Part shown: one piece after another, positions 1-9,579 of the stretch | How positions within the stretch are numbered: the first letter of the stretch is position 1 | Layout: every line of letters begins with the position of its first letter | Source: Malacoraja senta | Lineage: Eukaryota | DNA: 37,428 nucleotides | Direction: 5' to 3' | Assembly: GCA_038087875.1 (NCBI GenBank) | Contig: JAXLNO010000345.1 | Span: 1 to 37,428, forward strand | The notes under the pieces: model-generated | Told to the model about the DNA's origin: nothing | The model's database searches: none | What the model saw: the letters and a program-made list of their open reading frames with translations, nothing else | Translations under genes and position numbers: made by a program

Positions 1-41
1 GGGTTCGATATCTGCCGTGTGCGCTAGGTGGCGCCACTACA
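1..41 (-). repeat. 3' LTR of Gypsy copy 1 (partial)
   Basis: 1-41 matches 4184-4221 apart from one substitution and a 3-bp indel. It begins TGTAG on the minus strand and is preceded by a G8 polypurine tract at 46-53. Confidence 0.9.
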
Positions 42-3000
42 TGGGCCCCCCCCAGAATCCGCGGTACAGAAACACGCAGGTAAACGGACGGTGCGACCGG
101 AACGTGTAGTCCGCGGTCGCGGGGTGGGCATAACATTTTGACCGGCACAACAGGACCAGAGGGACGCGAAAAACGCAAACGAGGGACGGGCGTAAGAAAG
201 GGGACCGGCGTAACGCAACCGGAGAGAACAGGTGTAGAGGGTGTCAAAACAGCAGGTGGACGTCCTCTACGCCGTGGGGTAGCCACTGTCACTGGGCTAT
301 CCTCGTCGACGTGTGCAGGCTTAAGGCAGCTCACAGAAACGAACTCCTCTCTGCCGCCCATGTCCAAAGTGAATGTTGAAACCCCCGCATTGAGCACCTT
401 GTACGGACCCTCATACACCCGCTGTAACGGCGAGCGATGAGCGTCTCTATGGAGAAAAACATAAGCACAATCCAGTAACACAGAAGGCACATGAACCGAA
501 GACGAACCATGCCGGGAAGTTGGAACTGGGACCAAAGCGCGTGCCCGCTCGTGAAGGTCCTAGAACACCTGCGAGGTAGAATTCTCCTGATCCCGGGGAG
601 CAGGCAAGAAATCCCCAGGAACCCGCAAAACCGAGCCATAAACTAACTCGGCCAAGGAGGCTTTGAGGTCTTCCTTGGGTGTTGTCCTGATGCCCAGGAG
701 GACCCAAGGTAACTGGTCGACCCAATCAGGGCCGGTGAGTCGTGCCTTTAATGCCGACCTAAGATGTCTGTGGAATCGCTCGACCAACCAGTTAGACTCG
801 GGGTGGTAAGCAGTAGTTTGATGTAACTTAGCGCCGTACATCTGCGCCATACCGCCCCATAGGGAAGATGTGACTGGGCCCCGTGGTCCGTCGTTATATC
901 TGAGGGGACCCCGAAACGAGCGACCCAATTTGAGACAATGGCTCTCGCGCATGCCTCGGCGGAGGTATCTGCTAACGGGATGGCCTCCGCCCACCTGGTA
1001 AACCTGTCCACGATAGTCAGTAAGTGGGTAGCCCCGCGTGAACAAGGTAAGGGACCTACCAGGTCTACATGGATGTGCAGGAACCGGCCGGCCGGGACGT
1101 CGAAATCCTGGACCGGCTGGTGTACATGTCTCTGCACTTTGGAGGTCTGACATGGGATACAGGAACGAGCCCATGCAGCGACTTGCTTCCTCAAGCCGTG
1201 CCAGACGAACTTCGCAGCAACTAGGGCAGAGGTAGCGCGAATTGACGGGTGCGCTAAACTATGGATGGTGTCGAAGATCCAGCATCGCCAAGCGACCAGG
1301 ACAATTGGCCGGGCATTACCGGTGGAAACATCACAAAAGACTCGTGCGCTGGAGGTGCCGCAAGGCACTTCAACCAGCTTCAGCCCTGATTCAGTGTTGT
1401 GGTAAATCCCCAGTTGGCAGCTGCCAACTCCTGGTAATCGATACCTAGATTAAGCGCAGAGACCCCGGGCAGCGCTGGACGAGATAATGCGTCGGCCACG
1501 ACATTCAGCTTTCCTGCCACATGTCGAATGTCAGACGTGAATTCTGAAATGTAGGCAAGGTGCCGTTGCTGCCTTGCAGACCACGGGTCAGAAACCTTGG
1601 TCAAAACGAACGTTAGTGGCTTGTGATCGGTGAATGCGGTGAAAGCTCGCCCTTCTAGGAAATAGCGGAAATGGCGGATCGCTAGGTAAAGCGCAAGGAG
1701 CTACCTGTCGAAAGCGCTGTATTTAATTTCCGGGGCTCGCAGTTGCCTGCTGAAAAACGCCAGCGGCACCCAGCGATTGCCTACCCGCTGCTTAAGGACG
1801 ACCCCACCGCGACATCGGAGGCGTCTACGGTTAGTGCCGTTTGGGCCGAAGCCCTGGGGTGTACTAGCATAGTCGCATTGGCCAATGCGGTCTTGGCCCC
1901 TTCAAAAGCTTTCTGTGCCTCCTTAGACCAAACCAGGTCCTTGGGCTTACCGGCCAGGCATTGGAATAGCGGCCGCATGATGGCGGCTGCCGACGGGACG
2001 AAACGGTGATAGAAGTTAACCATCCCGATAAACTCCTGGAGACATATATTCAACAATGGCCTGGGGAATTGCCGAATTGCGTCGACTTTCTTGGGCAGGG
2101 GTTGCGCTCCCTGGGAAGTGATACTATGCCCCAAGATTGAGATGGAGCACAGCCCGAACTGGCACTTCTCGGGGTTGATTACCAACCCGTGTTCGTGCAG
2201 CCGTTCGAAAAGTAAGCGGAGGTGTTTGGTACGTTTTGCCTCCGAGCAGCTGGCCACCAGGATGTCATCCAGGTAGATGAAAACGAACGGCAAACCCCGG
2301 CCGACCTGATCCATTAATCTTTGGAATGCCTGGGCTGTGTTCTTGAGGCCAAAAGGAATTCTGAGCCACTCGAAAAGGCCGAATGGGGTAATGGTGGCCG
2401 TCTTAGGGATGTCGTCAGGGTGGACCGGGATTTGGTTATACCCACGGATGAGGTCGACCTTCGAGAAGACGGTCGCCCCTCCCAAATGGGCCGAGAAATC
2501 CTGAATGTTTGGGACCGGATACCGGTCGGCCGCGGTTATAGCGTTCAAACGTCGATAGTCGCCGCAAGGCCTCCAACCCACGGACGCTTTGGGCACCATG
2601 TGTAATGGGGAAGCCCAAGGGCTATCCGACCGCCGGACAATTCCCATGTCCTCCATGAGCTGGAACTCGTCTCGTGCGATGCGCAGTTTATCGGGCAGGA
2701 GACGGCACGCGCGGGCGTGCACTGGCGGACCCTCGGTGGGAATGTGAACCGTTGAACCGGGGTGTGAGCAACCCTGGAAAATCGGCGAGCAGGGTCGTGA
2801 AAGGTTTCTGGATCTCAGCTACCTCGGATAGTTGCTGCGAGGGCGTTGACGGGTTGCGCGGTGTGTCAGGGCGTGGGCCCAACGCAGGATCATTTGACCA
2901 CCCCGTACATCGACTAACAGGAAGAACGCTCGCAGGAAATCAGCGCCCAGGATTGGTTGGGCGACGTCAGCAACGATAAACTTCCACCTGTACTGGTGGG

Positions 3001-3951
3001 AGTCGAAATTTAGTTTCACGGTCCGCGTACCGTAGGTGCGAATATCGCTCCCGTTTACGGCCGAAAGGACAGGTCCCACCTTACCCGCACGGAGGTCCCG
3101 GGTGTTTGGAGGCAGGATACTGACATGGGCACCTGAATCTACCAGGAAACGGTGGCCGGAATCGTGATCACGGGAGAAGAGGCGTGTGTTTGGGCCGATC
3201 GCGTTCGCCTCTACAGACGATCGGTGGAGGCGTTTCCCAGAAACGTGCAAGGGCTTCGGCATCTTTGGGCTCCGAGCCCGTATCGCTGCTTGTAGTAGCA
3301 CCATCTCCGTTGGCCGTAGATCGCTGTCCGCAGCGCTTCGTCTTCGACGCTGGGCTGAGTCTCTTCCTCTCGTTGTCAGAGTGGCTGCACCCGTTGCGTG
3401 ACCATGGGGCGGGCGACGGCATGTATGTCCCGCTGTCTGAGTGCCCAGAGCTCGTCTGCTCTTTCTGCGAGCCACTGCGGGTCGCTGAAATCAGCTCCTG
3501 TTAACATCAGCTGCACTTCGTCGGGCATCTGCTCAAAGAACGCCTGTTCGAAAAGCAAGCAAGGTCGATGCCCGTCCATCAGGGCCTACATCTTGGCCAT
3601 GATCGTCGATGGCCTTCGGTCGCCGATGCAGTCCATATGCAGCAGTCTTGCCGCCCTGTCTCTACGGGTCAGACCGTCAGCCTGAAACAACAGGGCCTTC
3701 AACCCTTCGTACTTGCCGCTGGACGGAGGGTCTCTGATAAAGGGCAACAGCCTCGAGGCACAGTCCTGCGGTAATGCTACTATCACATGAAAATACATGG
3801 TCTCATCGTGGTCGATACGATGAAGGTGGAATTGCGCTTCCACATGGGCGAACCACACTTGAGGTTGATCAGTCCAAAAGGCTGGCAGTTTGAAAGCCGG
3901 TGAGCCTTGCCTCGTGCTGGACGATTCTGTAGAAGGACCTTCTTCCTGCAT
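24..3951 (-). pseudogene. Frameshifted gag-pol of Gypsy copy 1
   Basis: Domains are spread over ORFs 3586-3951, 3376-3579, 2819-3475, 1781-2722, 1380-1604, 748-1368 and 560-1174, in different frames. Confidence 0.9.
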
Positions 3952-3974
3952 AATTCTTCTGTCTAACGACGGCT

Positions 3975-3993
3975 AATCACGTCGGGGTCACCA
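3975..3993 (-). promoter_or_regulatory. Primer binding site complementary to the tRNA-Trp 3' end
   Basis: + strand AATCACGTCGGGGTCACCA is the vertebrate tRNA-Trp 3' end including CCA, directly adjacent to the 5' LTR. Confidence 0.9.
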
Positions 3994-3994
3994 A

Positions 3995-4221
3995 TTTAGC
4001 GGTTTGGGAAACGGCTACTGGAGTTTAAACCAAAAACTTTATTCGAAAGTAAGTTGCAGTACACAGGTTTGTCAAACACGTCTGACCACATCGGTGGTCA
4101 GCACTGAACTAACTCGCGGCAAGGGAAAACCGCGCGAAAACAACGGCCCCTCCCGGATCACGTGACCGCGGCTTCCGAACGCCGGGTTCGATATCTGCGT
4201 GCGCTAGGTGGCGCCGCTACA
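3995..4221 (-). repeat. 5' LTR of Gypsy copy 1 (~227 bp)
   Basis: Minus strand TGTAGCGG...CCGCTAAA terminal inverted repeat, AATAAA near 4038-4043, and homology to 1-41 and to the LTR at 12441-12665. Confidence 0.88.
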
Positions 4222-4759
4222 AGATATCAGATAACCAAAGTCAGCCTCACCTGAAAATTTAATTCATTATTTCCCGCGTCTTTTACTAAAATTGTAAAAT
4301 CTTTTTAAAATCGAATGAGCTGATAGGAGCTGGATGACGTCACAACGCCTCTGCTCCTCGTGGCCAGCTGCGCAGAGGTTTCAACGCGCAGCCTGCTGGG
4401 CTGGCCACTCTTTCCATGAGCTGCGAGTTGCGTGGCCCAGCTCCCCCCATCCCCAGGGCTCTGGATTGAAGCCGCTTAACACGTGCTCAAGTCGTGCTGC
4501 CGCTCGACTGGGCTCCTTGAAGTTCTACAACATGGCGGTGGTGGTCGTCATCGCAACGCGGTCACTGGAGAGCGCGGTGGAAAAGTGGCCGTGGCGACCA
4601 TCACACGGGACGCCCTCTCCATCTCCCCCACCCAATCGTCTGTCACGGAAGCCATGATCGGCCGGCTCTCCGCTGCTTTTCCAAGTCCTCAGTTCACTCC
4701 GGGCCTCATCAGGCCCAGCGCCTGGTAGGGACGTTCCCGCCCCTCTGTGAGCTGCCGCC

Positions 4760-5845
4760 CCGCTCCCCTCCTCTCTCTCTCTCCCCCCTCCTCTCTCTCT
4801 GTCCCCCCCTCCTCTCTCTGTCCCCCCCTCCTCTCTCTCTCCGCCCTCCTCTCTCTCCCACGCCCAGATCCTCTCTCTCCGCCCTCCTCTCTCTCTCCCC
4901 TCCTCTCTCCCCCACTCTCTCTCCTCTCTCTCTCCCCTCCTCTCTCTCTCTCTCCCCCCTCTCTCTCCCCCCTCTCTCTCCCCCTCTCTCTCCCCCTCTC
5001 TCTCCCTCCTCTCTCTCTCCCCTCGTCTCTCTCTCTCCCCTCTCTCTCTCTCCCCACTCCCCTCTCTCACCCTCCCCTACACCCCCTCCCGCACCATACC
5101 ACCCCTAAGCCCCCTCACCCAATTCCCCTCGACTCGCCTCCCCCCCTCCCCTCCACCTCCTCACCCCCTCCCCTCTCTGCCTTCCCCTCCCATCCACCTC
5201 TTCCTCCCCTCCACCCCTCCCCTACCCCCGTCCACCATTCCCCTCCACCCACACCCCCCCCTCCCCCTCCCTTCTTCCCCCCACCTCTCCCGCTCACTTC
5301 CCTCCCAACTGCCCCTCCCCCTCACTTTCCCCCCTCTCTCCCCTTTTCTCTCCCCATCTCCCTCTCCACCCGTTTTCTCCTCCCCTCTCTCTCTCCCCCC
5401 AACCCACCATCCCCCCCTCAGTCACCCTCCCTTTCCTCCACCCCCTGCCTCCTCCCCCCTCCCCTCCACCCCCTCTCCCTCTGTCCCTGCCCCTCTCTCT
5501 GTCTCTGCACCCTCTCTCTGTCTCTGCCCCTCTCTGTCTCTGCCCCTCTCTCTGTCTCTGCCCCCTCTCTGTCTCTGCCTCTCTCTGTCTCTGCCCCTCT
5601 CTCTGTCTCTGCCCCTCTCTGTCTCTACCCCTCTCTCTGTCTCTGCCCCTCTCTCAGTCTCTACCCCTCTCTCTGTCTCTGCCCCTCTCTCTGTCTCTAC
5701 CCCACTCTCTGTCTCTGCCCCTCTCTGTCTCTACCCCTCTCTGTCTCTGCCCTCTCTCTGTCTCTGCCCCTCTCTCTGTCTCTTCCCCTCTCTCTGTCTC
5801 TGCCCCCTCTCTCCCTGCCCTCACTCTCTACCCCCCTCCCTCTCT
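4760..5845. repeat. Polypyrimidine / (CT)n low-complexity tract with a degenerate CTCTCTGTCTCTGCCC minisatellite
   Basis: Direct inspection; almost entirely C/T on the + strand. Confidence 0.95.
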
Positions 5846-5847
5846 AG

Positions 5848-6220
5848 ACGTGCCTGCAATGTGGTTCAAAACATGGTCTCCTTTCACTGAATTTCTGCAA
5901 CAGAATGGTTAAAGACAAATTTAAAACCGATGCTGGGGACGGGTGAGCGGGGGGGGGGGGAGGGGGGAAACGATAGTAGGGTATATCTCCATCTTCCGTT
6001 CCCTTATTTCTCTTCTTTCCTCTCGCACTTCTTTGGTAGTTTAGGGGTCTTTACTCTCCTTTCTTTTATTTTTCTTCTTTTTCTTCATTCTTTCCTTTTT
6101 TCTCTTTTTTTTGATTGAGGCATTAATGTTAAAAATGAAACTATGAAAATTGTATAACTGTCATGTCGATTGCTTTATTCTTGTACAATTGCTTCTAATA
6201 AAATAAATTCCAAAAAAAAA
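5848..6220 (+). mobile_element. L1-like LINE 3' end fragment
   Basis: ORF2-end-like 'WFKTWSPF', G-rich then T-rich 3' UTR, AATAAA and an A tail; same layout as the L1 at 30991-32020. Confidence 0.65.
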
Positions 6221-6379
6221 CTAATATTAAGGGGGGTATTTAGTGTGTGTGTGCGGGGGGTAGTTAGTGTGTGTGTGTCACCGCATGCCTCCCCCCCCCC
6301 AACCCCCCCCAACCCCCCCCCCCCCCCCACGCAAACCGCGCGTTGAGGGTACGGGACCCAACGGGTCCCCCTCTGTCTG

Positions 6380-8941
6380 GTCAACAATAAAAATAGAGGT
6401 GGAGAGGCTTTTGAGAAGACAGAAAAGCCAGAAATATCCAGGCAATGTTTCTTCCTCCACACTCAAGCTCTGTGCACAGACATTTTTAACCAGTCCCTGC
6501 ACACCTGTACTGTCCCTGCCTGCTTCAAAGTCTCCACTATTGTCCCTGTACCCAAAAAGACAAGTATTACTGGTCTTAATGATTACAGGCCTGTTGCACT
6601 GACCTCTGAAGTCATGAAGACCCTTGAAAGGCTTGTGCTGGCCAAGCTGAAAAATATCGCAAACCACCTGCTGGACCCTCTGCAGTTTTCATATCGGGCC
6701 AATAGATCTGTGGATGATGCAGTCAGTCTGGGACTGCACTTCATCCAACAGCACCAAGACCGCCAGGGGACCTATGTGAGGATTTTGTTTGTTGATTTTA
6801 GCTCTGCATTCAACACCATTGTGCCAGAGCTACTACACTCCAAACTTTCCGAGTTGACTGTGCCTGAACCCCTCTGTCAGTGGATCACCAGCTTCCTGAC
6901 AGACAGGAAGCAGCTTGTGAGGCTGGGAAAGCACATCTCGGACCCATAAACCCTCTGCATTGGAGCACCGCAAGGCTGCGTACTCTCCCCTCTCCTCCAC
7001 TCTCTCTACACCAACGATTGCACCTCCATTGACTCCTCTTTCAAGTCTCTCAAGTTTGCGGATGACACAACCATGATTGGACTGATCCAGGATGGGGAGG
7101 AATCTGCCTACAGGCAGGAAGTGTCACAGCTGGCGTCCTGGTGCCGTAGCAACAACCTAGAGCTCAATGCTCTTAAGACAGTGGAATTGATTGTAGACTT
7201 TAGGAGAGCTTCCCCTCCCCTCACCATCAACAACACCACGTCTGTGGAGTATTTTAAGTTCCTGGGAACCATCATCTGCATGGACCTTAAGTGGGGGGGC
7301 TACCATCGACTCCACAGTGAGAAAAGGCACAACAGAGGATGTACTTCCTGCAGCAGCTTAGGAAGCACAATCTGCCACAGGCAATGATGGTCCAATTCTA
7401 CACGGCCATTGTAATAATAATAATAATGAATTTTATTTACGGGCGCCTTATACCGAGGTCTCAAGGACACCTTACAGAGATTTATAGGAAACATATAATC
7501 AGAATTTAAAAAATAAGTTATAAAGACCAATACACAAATCAGGGACAGAATTCCTTCCAAAAAGACAAAAAAAGAAAATCAGAAATTTGAGGAGAGAGCA
7601 GCGGCAACGAAACCGCGCCAGCGTCCACTCTCCCCTCCGACCGCCATCTTGAACACAGACTACCAAATACAATTACAAACAATTACATACAAAAATCATC
7701 CCCCCACAGTGATTTCCACTGTGGGGGAAGGCACAATGTCTAGTCCCCAGCCCCAGTTCACCCAAAAAAAGTCAGGCCAAATGAAGCCCCCGCTATTGCC
7801 TCTACGGAGGCCCGATGATCCTGGCCGTTCTCGCCGGGTGATGTAGAGTCAGGAGAGTCCTCTAGCGGTTGGGCCACCTGGAACGGCCGCATCCCTCACC
7901 GGAGGCCGCAACTACGGCTGGAACGGCCGATTTCCCGCAGGCGTCCGCAGCACCTGAAGCCGACAAGGCCGTGCCGATTTGGAGCTCAAGGCTCCCGGTG
8001 TTGGAGTCGGCGCCGCCGCCCGCGGATGGTCGCTCCAGTCCCGCAGCCCGGAGGTGTTGAGCTCGGCGGTCCAGCTCACCGGAGCTCCAGCGCGTCGGTC
8101 CAGCGCGGCGACCCAGGCAAGGCATCGCCCGCTCCGCTGCACAATAGCGCTCCAGCGCCGGGCCGCCACCGAAGCTGAGGGTGCTGTGCGGTCCCCGCCA
8201 GGAAACGCCGCTCCACGCCGCTCCACACCCGCAGGTAGGCCGCGAGGACGGGTCGACTGGGCAGCCGGAGAGAAGGCTGCCTCACCGACCAGGTAGGGAC
8301 CAGGAAGTGATTTCTCCTTGTTCCCCCCACATCAGAAGGCAAAATAAAGAAAAACAAAGACTTAAAGAAAAATAAAAACTTGGTAAAAAAGTACAATTAA
8401 CGGACGGCTGCTGTTTGGCAGCCGTTCCTCAAGATGGCTCCTCCCCAATGTCCTCACCTCCATCATGGTCTGGTTTGGCTCAGCCACCAAGCACGACTCC
8501 TGGAGGCTGCAGCGAATCGTCCGATCAGTAGAGAAGGTTATTGGCTGCAACCTTCCCTCCATTGATGAACTGTACACTGCAAAGGCCAGGAAGCGAGCGG
8601 GTAAGATCATCTCTGACCCCTCTCGCCCTGGTCACAAACTCTTTGAATCACTTCCCTCTGGAAGGCGACTCCGGACTGTCAAAGCTGCCACAGCCAGACA
8701 TAAAAACAGTTTTTATCCACGGGCAGTTGCTCCACTCAATAACCAAAAATCTGTAGCCTCCTTTTGCTCTGGTATTTTATTTAATTCATATGTTTAATCA
8801 ATAATGTTTCATTATTAATGTTTAATGTTTTATGTATCATTCTTAACAGTCATTATATGTCATGTTGTCACTTGTGGGCAGAGCACCAAGGCAAATTACT
8901 TGTATGTGAATACTTGGCCAATAAACTTATTCATTCATTCA
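6380..8941 (+). mobile_element. Rex1/Babar LINE, 5'-truncated and degenerate, interrupted at 7411-8447
   Basis: RT motifs ([44 protein letters not shown]), C-terminal 'VWFGSAT...LQRIVRS.EK.IG', and an AATAAA + (ATTC)n tail. Confidence 0.9.
7411..8447 (-). mobile_element. Non-autonomous retroposon(s) inserted in the Rex1/Babar copy (L2-like 3' tail, GC-rich body)
   Basis: Splits the Rex ORF between ACGGCCATTG and GTCCTCACC. It has an (ATT)n tail with an L2-like 3' end and may be two nested pieces joined near 7655. Non-coding. Confidence 0.6.
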
Positions 8942-9064
8942 TCGTGTTAATACGATGTTAATAGAGACATTTAACAAGCGCTGGACAGTGACATCCCCAC
9001 TGTCTCGCCTAAAGCGGAGATTTTAATAGTTTTTTCACCGAATTTCAAAATCGGATTACAAAGC

Positions 9065-9148
9065 ATGGGGGGGGGGGGATTGTCCCCCACCCCTCAAAAC
9101 ATGTAGGGGACGTGTCCCCCCCGTTCCCCCCAGTATTTCCGCCCATGG
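9065..9148 (-). mobile_element. hAT-like terminal sequence (CATGGGCGGAAAT...)
   Basis: Inverted homology to 9241-9310; CA.GGGCGGA start typical of hAT non-autonomous elements. Confidence 0.5.
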
Positions 9149-9239
9149 CCGTATGACGTCATCGTGTTATACAACAGGGAAGCAGACCCTTCGGCCCAAG
9201 TTGCCCAGGCTGAACAAGATGCACCATCTAAGCTAGACA

Positions 9240-9325
9240 CCGGGGCGGAAATCCCGGGTGGGGGGATGGGTCCCCTCCATGTTTTCAGAGGTGGGGGACA
9301 ATCGCCCCCCATATTTTGTGAAACA
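9240..9325 (+). mobile_element. hAT-like terminal sequence (CCGGGGCGGAAATCCC...)
   Basis: Shares GGGCGGAAAT..GG, GTCCCCT.CATGTTTT and GGTGGGGGACAATC with the reverse complement of 9065-9148. Confidence 0.5.
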
Positions 9326-9510
9326 TGTATTTTGCAATCAGTTCCCATTCAACCACGCGCTGCGGAGTCACGACCGCATGCATGGTCAGCTAGCTCAGAC
9401 TCTGAAAAGAATTAGACCACTATGCTGCCCACTTACATTTGCCTTCTTTACAATCTTCATAGACTCCACTTGTTGAATAGCCTCATTCAGTGTTACAACC
9501 ATTATACGAG

Positions 9511-9577
9511 TGTGCAGGAAGGAACTGCAGACGCTGGTATATACCAAAGATAGACACAAAGTGCTGCAGTAACTCAG
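9511..9577 (-). mobile_element. Penelope-type terminal repeat fragment
   Basis: GAAGGAACTGCAGACGCTGG...AGACACAAAGTGCTG..GTAACTCAG matches 33136-33192. Confidence 0.75.
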
Positions 9578-9579
9578 AT

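Larger units (their letters stand above)
1..4221 (-). mobile_element. Ty3/Gypsy LTR retrotransposon, CsRn1-like lineage, copy 1 (degenerate; 3' LTR runs off the window)
   Basis: Minus-strand order: LTR, PBS, gag (FKLPAFWTDQPQVWFAHVEAQF), protease (FLVDSGA), RT (PWASP, DYRRLN, PFGL, YLDDIL), RNase H (TVDAS), integrase (H..AHP...C..C, HVDLVGP, YHPESN, ER.HR.L, GPY), LTR. Many frameshifts. Confidence 0.95.

Noticed and set aside
3975..3993. tRNA-Trp gene
   Set aside because: Only the 3'-terminal 19 nt including CCA, adjacent to an LTR: a primer binding site.
4334..4735. GC-rich ORFs with AACATGGCGG context as a possible first exon
   Set aside because: No recognisable protein, no supported downstream exon, and the context looks like repeat interior.
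4747..5847. 366-aa Pro/Leu/Ser ORF and the antisense Arg/Glu/Gly ORFs
   Set aside because: Translations of C/T microsatellite, which rarely contains stop codons.
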